A DNA stretch of 17,843 nucleotides, taken from positions 1 through 17,843 of the forward strand of contig JBGATO010000074.1 in NCBI GenBank assembly GCA_044229145.1, in the 5' to 3' direction. Shown here one piece after another: positions 8,848 through 17,743 of the stretch (position 1 is the first letter of the stretch; each line of letters opens with the position of its first letter). Under the pieces are notes generated by a model. The model made no database searches. It had not been told where the DNA came from and saw only the letters and a program-made list of their open reading frames with translations. This DNA is from Candidatus Eiseniibacteriota bacterium (GTDB lineage Bacteria > Eisenbacteria > RBG-16-71-46 > CAZEPH01). Made by a program: the position numbers and the translations under genes.

Positions 8848-9198
8848 TTACAACTTCAACACCTTCGCGTAGGTCGCTTCGTCGAAGCCGACGACGAGCG
8901 TCTTGCCCTTCCGCCACGTCGGCGCGCGCAGATTGCCGGTGGGCCCGAGCATCACCGCCAGCAACTCGTCGTCCGACGGCGCCGCGCGTTTCATGTCGAA
9001 GGTGACGACCTTCTTGCCCTTCGCCACATGCACGGTGTCGGCCTCGCGTGCCAGCCGCACCGCGTCCTTGGGGCCGAGCTTCTGCTTCGTCGCGTTGATC
9101 TGCTCGGTGACGGCGATCTTCTTGTCCGCAAGGAACCCCTGCGTTTTGCCGCAAGTCACTCAGCCGGGCCGGTGGTAACTCCAGTCGATCGTGGGCAT
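8848..9198 (-). CDS. ArsC/Spx-like thioredoxin-fold selenoprotein with U13-V-T-C16 motif, 116 aa
   Basis: ATG 9198 (GGAG RBS) gives MPTIDWSYHRPG-TGA(9162-9160)-VTCGKTQ, continuing in frame to GPTGNLRAPT...LVVGFD. The TGA occupies the first Cys position of CxxC and a hairpin follows it. Confidence 0.88.
9121..9155 (-). promoter_or_regulatory. Candidate bacterial SECIS element
   Basis: mRNA after the UGA: GUGA-CUUG-CGGCAAAA-CGCAGG-GGUU-CCUUGCG-GA-CAAG. Upper stem with a G-initiated apical loop 22 nt after the UGA, plus a CUUG/CAAG lower stem (folded by eye). Confidence 0.65.
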
Positions 9199-9229
9199 GA
9201 TGGTCTCCGTGATTGACGGGCGCGCCGGG

Positions 9230-10021
9230 CTACGCCGCGGGCTGCGTCCAGAAGCCGCCGGGATCGGCGTCGCGGATGATCGCCAACTCTTCCGGGCTCG
9301 GTTGTGGCGTGATGCCGACGTCGGGGGCGACGCGCAACTCCCAGCCGGTGTGCGCCACCACATCCTCGACGCTCACGCCGGGATGCGTCGACGCCAAGAT
9401 CGCTTCGCCGGTCTCCTCATCGAAGCGCAGCACACCGAGCGTGGTCACCACGACGGACGGCCCGCCCGGGCCCAGACCCTGACGCTGCCGCCAACCGTGG
9501 CCATCGCCGTGGCCCGGCGAGGTGCGGTAGTGCACGCGCTCCACGAAGCGGCGGCGTTCGTGCTTCATCAAGACCACGAGCCGCTTGGCCAGACACGCGA
9601 TGTCGGCGGCGCCGCCGGAGCCGGGCAACCGCACGGTGCGACCGTGCACCAACACCTCGGTCGAATTCAAGTTGCCGAAGCGATCGATCTCGCCCGCGCC
9701 CAAGATGCCGACGTCGATGCGGCGCTGCTGCAGCATCGCCAACACCGAGAGCGTGTCACCGCAATAGAGCGCGCCGGTGATGTTCGGCGGATCGCCCATG
9801 GTGCGCAGGACGTCACGCGCGGCGGTGGTGCGGATCAACCCGTTCTCGTAGATCGCGCGCAACCGGCGGCCTTGCTTCTGGGCGACGATCATCGCCATGA
9901 GCGGCAGGCGCGCGCCGACGAAGACGGTCTCGCCGTCCTGCAACTCGCGCGCGGTGGCGGAAATCATCAACTCCGCCAGCGTGTACCCCGCCGGCGGAGC
10001 CGAAGATGTTGCCTGGGACAT
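9230..10021 (-). CDS. Family I CoA-transferase beta subunit (GctB/CatJ-like), 263 aa
   Basis: ELQDGETVFVG, IYENG (catalytic Glu), DVGILGAGEIDRFGNLNST, RLPGSGGAADIA, HPGVSVEDVVAHTGW, IRDADP. Start ATG 10021. Confidence 0.9.
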   Translation of the reverse strand: MSQATSSAPPAGYTLAELMISATARELQDGETVFVGARLPLMAMIVAQKQGRRLRAIYENGLIRTTAARDVLRTMGDPPNITGALYCGDTLSVLAMLQQRRIDVGILGAGEIDRFGNLNSTEVLVHGRTVRLPGSGGAADIACLAKRLVVLMKHERRRFVERVHYRTSPGHGDGHGWRQRQGLGPGGPSVVVTTLGVLRFDEETGEAILASTHPGVSVEDVVAHTGWELRVAPDVGITPQPSPEELAIIRDADPGGFWTQPAA

Positions 10022-10038
10022 GTCGTGCGGCACGCGGT

Positions 10039-10761
10039 CTACTGGAACCGCCGGTTGGCGTTCTGGTCCGGCAGTGGCACGCCCCACTTGTCCATGTGCA
10101 CCTTGAGGTCGGCGACGTACTGCTCGCGCATCGCCACGCCGTTGGTGCGCTTGATGCCGAACTCGACGGCCTTGGCGTCGGCGCGCGAGTTCGAGCGGCC
10201 GAAGTTGTCGAGGCCGCGCGGGAACCACTTCGCGGCGAGCTCGGCGAACTGCGTCTTGTTCTGCGGATCGCGGATGAACTCGGAGATCTTGTTGACCGCG
10301 AACGAGCGGTGCAGCCGCTCTTCCTTGATCATCTGGCCGACCGCGCGGTCGAGCGGCGCGTAGGTCGAGTCCTGGAAGTCATCCAAGTAGTAGGCGACCA
10401 CGCCGGTCACGAAGAACAGATACGTGATGGCGTCCGGCCACGTGTCGACCGGCACGTTGAGCGACTCGAGCTTGTGCTCGCCGGTCTTGCGCCAGAGCAT
10501 TTCCTGCACGAGGTTGTCGCGTCCGAGTTCGCTCAGCAGCTTCGACATCTGCCAGGCACGGCGCATTTCCTCGTTGATGATGCGGGCCACCACCCAGCGG
10601 TCTTCCGCCGTCGGCGCGTGGTCGAGCCACGGGCGCAACTGCTGGATCGCGGCGTAGCCGCTGTCGGCTTGCACGGCGAGGAAGTGACAGAGCACATCGA
10701 GATACTCCGCCGTCATCTCCTCGGGCATTTCGTATTTCTTGATGGAGGCTGGACTTTCCAC
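10039..10761 (-). CDS. Ferritin-like PaaA/PaaC/BoxB-family protein with degenerate di-iron site (probable structural subunit), 240 aa
   Basis: Co-linear paralogue of 10787-11551: QADSG, EEMRR, FFVTG, EERLH, KWFPRGLDNFG. GTG start with GAGG RBS. Confidence 0.82.
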   Translation of the reverse strand: MESPASIKKYEMPEEMTAEYLDVLCHFLAVQADSGYAAIQQLRPWLDHAPTAEDRWVVARIINEEMRRAWQMSKLLSELGRDNLVQEMLWRKTGEHKLESLNVPVDTWPDAITYLFFVTGVVAYYLDDFQDSTYAPLDRAVGQMIKEERLHRSFAVNKISEFIRDPQNKTQFAELAAKWFPRGLDNFGRSNSRADAKAVEFGIKRTNGVAMREQYVADLKVHMDKWGVPLPDQNANRRFQ

Positions 10762-10786
10762 GGTCGGTCCTCGCTTTCGGCGGCGG

Positions 10787-11551
10787 TCAGATGACCTTGC
10801 GGTCCCACTTCTCGTCGGGCAGGTCGAGACCGATCTTGCCCACTTCGTCGGCCACTTCCTTGATGTAGCCCTGACGCAGGTCTTCGTTCTCCGTGAGCTT
10901 GATGCCCTCGGTGACGAAGCGACTGGCGCGTGTCGTGCCGCCTGGACCGAACATGTCGAGCGCCCGCGGGTAGAACTTCATCAGACCGCGCTGCGCTTCG
11001 TCCTTCGTCTTGCGGTCGCTGGCCAACCGGCCCATGCGCGAGGTGCCGAAGCCGAGGTGCAGCTTCTCCTCATCGAGCATCATGTCGGTGGCGCGCGCCA
11101 GCGGCGCGAACGACGAGCGCTGGAAGTCGCGCAGGTGATAGCAGCCGACGCGGTCGATCAGGAAGGTGAACGCCGCCACATCACCGAACGTCTCGAACTC
11201 GAGATTGAACGCCTCGAGCTTGTGGTGGCTGCGCTCCTTCCACATCAGCTTGTGCGCGAGTTCCTGCTGGCCGAGGCTCTCGAGCAACCCGCACATCTGC
11301 CACGCGTGCCGCGCCTCCTCCATCAGGATGCGCGAGAGCAGCCAGCGGTCGTCCGGCGTCGGACAGCGGTCCAACCACAGTGCAAGCTGCTGCACGGCGG
11401 CGAGCTCGGTGTCGGCCTGAATCTCGAGGACCTTGACGATGTCCGAGAGATAGACCTCGTCCATCTCCGAGCGGGTTTCCAACCGCTTGATGCCGGACTG
11501 CCACTTGAGTCCGGTGTCCTGCCAGGGGCTCGTTGCGGACTGCTGTGCCAT
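10787..11551 (-). CDS. Ferritin-like di-iron aryl-CoA epoxidase catalytic-type subunit (BoxB/PaaA family), 254 aa
   Basis: QADTE49, EE79ARH82AW, LEAFN, ID133RVG, SSFAPLAR, EE162KLH165, FYPRALDMFG. ATG 11551 with AGGAG RBS. Confidence 0.85.
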   Translation of the reverse strand: MAQQSATSPWQDTGLKWQSGIKRLETRSEMDEVYLSDIVKVLEIQADTELAAVQQLALWLDRCPTPDDRWLLSRILMEEARHAWQMCGLLESLGQQELAHKLMWKERSHHKLEAFNLEFETFGDVAAFTFLIDRVGCYHLRDFQRSSFAPLARATDMMLDEEKLHLGFGTSRMGRLASDRKTKDEAQRGLMKFYPRALDMFGPGGTTRASRFVTEGIKLTENEDLRQGYIKEVADEVGKIGLDLPDEKWDRKVI

Positions 11552-11636
11552 CGCATGCTCCTGTTTCGTGTGTGGTGTCGGCACATCGCGCGGACGGCAT
11601 TGCGAGAGGACGCCGTCCGCGGTGAATCGGGGAGAC

Positions 11637-12419
11637 TTAGGATCCGGAGAAGCTCGGCGTGCGCTTGCCGACGTACGCGCCGATACCTTCCTTCGCATCG
11701 TTGGACTGGAACAACTGCTGCTGCAGTTCGCGCTCGATCGCCAGGGCTTCCGAGAACGGCACCTCGAGACCGGACTGCACCGAGCGCTTGATGCGCCCGA
11801 CCGCCTTGCTGGCCTTGGCCGGCGGCACGAACTGGCGGCAGAAGTCATGGATCTGCTCGTCGAAGTTTTCGGCCGCGTAGACGTCATTGATCAGCCCCAT
11901 TTCCTTGGCCTCGTCAAAGGTCAGGTTGGTGCCGATCACCATCAGTTCGATGGCCTTGGCCTTGCCCACGAGACGCGCGATGCGCTGGGTGCCGCCGGTG
12001 CCCGGCAGCACGCCGAGAGTGACCTCGGGGAGGCCGATCTTGCCGGCGTTGCGCTTGGCGATGCGGAGGTCCGCCGCCATCGCGATCTCGAGACCACCGC
12101 CGACGGTGTGCCCGTTGAGCGCGGCCACGACCAGTTTCGGCGTCTGCTCGAGACGCGTGAGCGTTTCGTTGGCGTGGAGACAGAAGTAGTATTTGAAGGT
12201 CGGGTCGACCTCGTTGAGCATGTTGATGTTGGCGCCGGCGCTGAAGAACTTGTCGCCGTTGCCGCGCAGCACGATGACATGCACGTCGTTGTCGAAGCGC
12301 GCCTGGAGGATGGCGTCGTCCAGTTCCCGCATCATTTCGTGGGTGTAGGTGTTCGCCGGCGGGTCATTGAGCACGAGGTACGCAATGCCGTCGCGAACGC
12401 TGTATTCGACCAACGCCAT
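11637..12419 (-). CDS. Enoyl-CoA hydratase/isomerase (crotonase), 260 aa
   Basis: [64 protein letters not shown]; both catalytic Glu present. ATG 12419 with AAGGAGG RBS. Confidence 0.92.
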   Translation of the reverse strand: MALVEYSVRDGIAYLVLNDPPANTYTHEMMRELDDAILQARFDNDVHVIVLRGNGDKFFSAGANINMLNEVDPTFKYYFCLHANETLTRLEQTPKLVVAALNGHTVGGGLEIAMAADLRIAKRNAGKIGLPEVTLGVLPGTGGTQRIARLVGKAKAIELMVIGTNLTFDEAKEMGLINDVYAAENFDEQIHDFCRQFVPPAKASKAVGRIKRSVQSGLEVPFSEALAIERELQQQLFQSNDAKEGIGAYVGKRTPSFSGS

Positions 12420-12541
12420 CCTTGATCCTCCTTGTCGTCCGAGGACTGCCGGTAAGCAGTCATCTTCGCATTTTCGCGTGCCTGATTGCACGCGACCTGA
12501 CCTCATACATTGGTGGTAAACCGGCGCGAGCCGCGCCGATG

Positions 12542-14017
12542 TTACGAACTGATGTCGACCCAGACGCTCTTCACCTCGGTGTACAGCTCCATCGCGTGCT
12601 GCCCGAGCTCGCGCCCGAACCCGCTCGCCTTGAAGCCACCGAACGGCGACGCGCTGTCCATCGGGCCGTAGGTGTTGATCCACACGGTGCCGGCGCGCAG
12701 CTCGCGCGCCATGCGGTGCGCCTTGCCGATGTCGCGCGTCCACACGCCCGCCGCGAGTCCGTACAGCGAGTCGTTGGCGATGCGGATCGCGTCCTCGATC
12801 GTGTCGAAGCGGATCACACTCAGCACCGGGCCGAAGATTTCCTCGCGCGCGATCGTCATGTCGTTGTCCACGCCATCGAAGACGGTCGGCTGCACGTAGT
12901 AGCCGCGGCAGTCGCCGAAGGTGGCCGCTTCGCCTCCGGTCACGAGCCGCGCGCCCGCCGCCTTGCCCGCTTCGATGTAGCGCAGCACGCGCTCCTGCTG
13001 TCCGCGGCTGATCTGCGGCCCGAGCCGCGTCTTGCCATCGAAGGGATCGCCCTGCGTCAGCGCGGCGGCGCGCGCCGCCAGCTTCTCGACGAACGCATCG
13101 GCGACATCGGCCTGCACCAGCAATCGCGAGCCGGCCGAGCACACCTCGCCCTTGTTGTAGAAGATCGCGTTGGTCGAACCCTTCACCGCCGCGTCGAGAT
13201 CCGCGTCGGCGAACACGACGTTCGGCGACTTGCCCCCGAGTTCGAGACTGAGACGCTTCACCGTGCCAGCCGCGCGCCGCATGATGTCCTGGCCGACCGG
13301 CGTCGAGCCGGTGAAGGCGATCTTGTCGACGCCCGCGTGTTCGACCAGCGCGACCCCGGCGGTGGCGCCGTAGCCCGGCACCACGTTGACGACGCCGTTC
13401 GGCACGCCAGCTTCGGCGATCAACTCGCCGAGACGCAGCGCGGTGAGCGGCGTCAGCTCGGCGGGCTTCAGCACGCACGTGTTGCCCGCCGCGAGTGCCG
13501 GCGCCAGCTTCCACGCCGCCATCACCAGCGGGAAGTTCCACGGGATGATCTGTCCGACCACACCCACCGGCCCGCGCAGCGTGTAGTTGAAGAACGGCCC
13601 GCGCACCGGAATCGTCTCGCCGTGGATCTTGGAGGCCCAGCCCGCGTAGTAGCGGAAGCACTCGACGGCGGTCGGCACGTCGATGCGCGTGGTCTCGGCG
13701 AGCGGCTTGCCGGTGTTGAGCGTTTCGAGCTCGGCGAATTCGGCGACGTGCGCCTCGAGCAGATCGGCGATCTTCCACAGCAATTTGCCGCGATCCGCCG
13801 CCGCCATGCGCGGCCACTTGCCGCCATCGAACGCGGCGCGTGCGGCGCGCACCGCGGCGTCGACATCCGACGCGCGCGCCTCGGCCACCTCGGCCAGCAC
13901 CTCATCGCGCGCCGGGTTCATCACGGTCAGCACGCCGCCGTCGGCGGCGTCGGTCCACGCACCATCGATCCAAAGCCGTGTGCGCAGGGCGGCGAGAGTG
14001 GAGTCGGAAACTGCCAC
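12542..14017 (-). CDS. NAD(P)-dependent aldehyde dehydrogenase, 491 aa
   Basis: LWIDGAW, GQIIPWNFP, KPAELTP, AFTGST, LELGGKSP (catalytic Glu), NKGEVCSAGSR (catalytic Cys), EEIFGPV, PFGGFKASGFGRE. GTG 14017 with GAGGT upstream. Confidence 0.93.
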   Translation of the reverse strand: MAVSDSTLAALRTRLWIDGAWTDAADGGVLTVMNPARDEVLAEVAEARASDVDAAVRAARAAFDGGKWPRMAAADRGKLLWKIADLLEAHVAEFAELETLNTGKPLAETTRIDVPTAVECFRYYAGWASKIHGETIPVRGPFFNYTLRGPVGVVGQIIPWNFPLVMAAWKLAPALAAGNTCVLKPAELTPLTALRLGELIAEAGVPNGVVNVVPGYGATAGVALVEHAGVDKIAFTGSTPVGQDIMRRAAGTVKRLSLELGGKSPNVVFADADLDAAVKGSTNAIFYNKGEVCSAGSRLLVQADVADAFVEKLAARAAALTQGDPFDGKTRLGPQISRGQQERVLRYIEAGKAAGARLVTGGEAATFGDCRGYYVQPTVFDGVDNDMTIAREEIFGPVLSVIRFDTIEDAIRIANDSLYGLAAGVWTRDIGKAHRMARELRAGTVWINTYGPMDSASPFGGFKASGFGRELGQHAMELYTEVKSVWVDISS

Positions 14018-14262
14018 GCGTAGGTACCTCGCGAGTGGACGCGGAGAGTTAACATCGGGACCGAAGGCCGGCACGGCGCTGCATTCCCAGCGGGCCCGGC
14101 GCCGCGTGGCGCGGGATACCACCGATGAGCGTCCCAGTGGGCGCGCGAGGGTGAGATGCGAAGGCATGCGGAAACGTAGCTCTCGCAAGCGATTGCGGAG
14201 CCAGCCGGCAGATCTGGGCGCCGCGAAACGCTCATGGTCGAGCTATCTCGCAGCGTGGCTTG

Positions 14263-14291
14263 AGAGTAGGAGTGGTCCAGGGGGAAGTCAA
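14263..14291 (-). promoter_or_regulatory. Sigma70-type promoter facing the aldehyde dehydrogenase operon
   Basis: Minus strand reads TTGACT-N17-TACTCT (-35 at 14291-14286, -10 at 14268-14263). Confidence 0.6.
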
Positions 14292-14364
14292 CCCGCCCCC
14301 GGTGCGCGGTTTGCCCCCATGGTCCCCCCATGTAGGTTGGTCGGCCTGAATCACTCTCGCAGTG

Positions 14365-14373
14365 TGTTACACT
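14365..14373 (+). promoter_or_regulatory. Possible extended -10 promoter for the secreted protein at 14484
   Basis: TG-t-TACACT; no good -35. Lies within a short AGTGT-gtt-ACACT palindrome. Confidence 0.35.
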
Positions 14374-14483
14374 TGGCGCCGTAGCTCCCCCACCAGAGAG
14401 CGGTGAGTGCCGCGCATCGCGAGCCCTCCGGGCGATCCCTAGTTCACGCCGCCCCGGTTCGCACAAATGGAGGCTGAGACATC

Positions 14484-15017
14484 ATGCATTGCACCCGACT
14501 GTTGCTTGCCGCGGCGATCGCGGCTTTGTTACCCGCGTCGGCCATGGCGGCCGCTCGCGTGACCAGCGTTGTGCCCGTGGACGGTGGCTGTGTCGTCGGT
14601 CCGTCTGGGAACACCAACATCCAGACCTGGGACATCGAGCGGGCTGGGAAGCAGTACATGATCACCTTCTCGGGTGTCACGGACTGCGGCCACGGCGGCA
14701 CCGACCCGGTGATCGGCTTCGAACTGAAGAACTCGGTCGGCGGTAACACGTTCTGGGCGGCCAACTTGGGCGCGCCTGGCGTGTACTCGGGCGTGTTCAC
14801 CCTGCCGAACGCCGGCTGCGAGACGTTCCCGGTGCGCTACTGCACCGTCGACGGCGTGGCGAACAGCGGTTTCGCCGCCCTCGCTCCGACGGGTTCTGCG
14901 GTAGTCCACATGCGCGCCGCGACCTTCGGCGCCTCGTGTTCGAACCCGCAGGAAATCCTCTGCGTAACCCCGGTCCAGTCAACCGCGTGGGGTTCCATCA
15001 AGGCGATCTACCGCTAA
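14484..15017 (+). CDS. Secreted Cys-rich hypothetical protein with C-terminal WGxIKxxYR motif, 177 aa
   Basis: GGAGG RBS; signal peptide MHCTRLLLAAAIAALLPASAMA; six Cys in the mature part; ends TPVQSTAWGSIKAIYR. Confidence 0.85.
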   Translation: MHCTRLLLAAAIAALLPASAMAAARVTSVVPVDGGCVVGPSGNTNIQTWDIERAGKQYMITFSGVTDCGHGGTDPVIGFELKNSVGGNTFWAANLGAPGVYSGVFTLPNAGCETFPVRYCTVDGVANSGFAALAPTGSAVVHMRAATFGASCSNPQEILCVTPVQSTAWGSIKAIYR

Positions 15018-15065
15018 TCTAGCCCTCTCCTCCTCCAGGCCGAACGCGGCCAACGCGATACTCGA

Positions 15066-15096
15066 AGGCCCGCTGGGTTCTCCGCCCGGCGGGCCT
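15066..15096. terminator. GC-rich hairpin between convergent genes, probable terminator
   Basis: AGGCCCGCTGGG-N7-CCCGGCGGGCCT, 12-bp stem with one G-U pair on the + transcript; only a weak pyrimidine tail. Confidence 0.6.
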
Positions 15097-15113
15097 CTCG
15101 CTTCTGCGTTCCG

Positions 15114-15440
15114 CTAGTCGGCCGGCGGGGCCTGCAGGTAACAGCGTTCGACCGTGTCGGGATCGGGATCGTAGTCGCAGAGATCCGGCATCCGGTCCGG
15201 CGTGAACTGTCCGTCGCCTTGGCGGAGCTCGCGGCCGTCGGGGGCGATGATGGCGGTGATGCCGCCCCACTCGTCGTCCTCGAACAACACGACGAGCCGC
15301 CAGCCTTCGTCGCTGACGAACGCGACCTCGGCGGCGTCGTCCTCGGCCCACACCGGGCCTTCGGTGGCCAAGAGCACCTCGCCGCGTTCGATGGCGTTGA
15401 GGAGGTCGAAGACCTCGGATTCGGTCAGCGTGTCGCTCAT
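15114..15440 (-). CDS. Small acidic hypothetical protein, 108 aa (paralogue of 15547-15879)
   Basis: GGAG RBS before ATG 15440 (alternative 15452); shares ES..FD...AIE.G, GWR.VV, EWGGI, MP.LC.Y.PD with its neighbour. Confidence 0.8.
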   Translation of the reverse strand: MSDTLTESEVFDLLNAIERGEVLLATEGPVWAEDDAAEVAFVSDEGWRLVVLFEDDEWGGITAIIAPDGRELRQGDGQFTPDRMPDLCDYDPDPDTVERCYLQAPPAD

Positions 15441-15546
15441 GATGCGCTCCATGTGCGGGGATCCGGCCGCGGCGGGGGCGCGGCAGGCGGGCGCCGAGGG
15501 TACCGAATGCGGCGGGCCGGCGGAACTGGAATCCGCGAGCGCGTCC

Positions 15547-15879
15547 CTATCGGCGCGGCTCGGGCGGCGCGGCGCCGGTCAGCCAGCGCACGAGCGCATC
15601 GCCGTCGGGCCGGTATTCGCAGAGTGCGGGCATGAGGTCGTGGGTGAATGGCGCGTCGCCGAGACTCAGGCGCTCGCCGGCGGGCGTGTCGATGTCGACG
15701 ATGCCGCCCCACTCGCCCGCTTCCATCGCCACGACGAAGCGCCATCCGGCCTCGGTGCGGAACTCGATATCCTCTTCGCCCTCGTCCTGGTGCAGGACAT
15801 CGCCGCGGCGGGCGATGATGGCCCCGCTCTCGATCGCACGGATCACGTCGAAGATGTCGGATTCGCGAATGGACGGCAT
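15547..15879 (-). CDS. Small acidic hypothetical protein, 110 aa (paralogue of 15114-15440)
   Basis: GGGAGG RBS before ATG 15879; co-linear similarity to the downstream gene. Confidence 0.8.
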   Translation of the reverse strand: MPSIRESDIFDVIRAIESGAIIARRGDVLHQDEGEEDIEFRTEAGWRFVVAMEAGEWGGIVDIDTPAGERLSLGDAPFTHDLMPALCEYRPDGDALVRWLTGAAPPEPRR

Positions 15880-16098
15880 GGAACCTCCCGCGTTCGAGAC
15901 GCGCCAGTACGCCTTTGGTCGCAGATCAGCGTAGATCGCCACGCTGCGTCGCGGCGAGGGAAATCCCGGCGGCCACGGGACCGCGCCCGGCGGCGGGCCG
16001 CTTGCCGCGACCGAGGCGGATCGCTAGGATGCCGTGCCACGGTCACTTGCCGGATTTGTGCCCTCGCTCACCTCGACCCGCCCGGGAGCCACACGCGC

Positions 16099-17706
<1,608 letters not shown>

Positions 17707-17743
17707 ACCGCGGCGCCACGCGCCGCCCATCTCAGGAGAACCG

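Noticed and set aside
8848..9363. Two separate small ORFs, or a nonsense pseudogene
   Set aside because: The single TGA sits exactly at the CxxC first-Cys position, is followed by a hairpin, and the rest of the frame is intact. Sec recoding explains it better.
2528..10021. AibAB-type methylglutaconyl-CoA decarboxylase with an AibC-like MDR (myxobacterial isovaleryl-CoA route)
   Set aside because: As I recall, AibB lacks the CoA-transferase catalytic Glu. This beta subunit keeps it (IYENG), and no HMG-CoA synthase is in the window.
11637..13817. Apparent 726-aa fusion suggesting a PaaZ-like ALDH-hydratase
   Set aside because: The extension is an off-frame read of the ALDH gene. ALDH has its own stop at 12542 and the crotonase has its own RBS and ATG at 12419.
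15202..16098. N-terminal extension of the 834-aa carboxyltransferase ORF
   Set aside because: It is antisense to the two acidic paralogues; the real start is ATG 16099 with an RBS.
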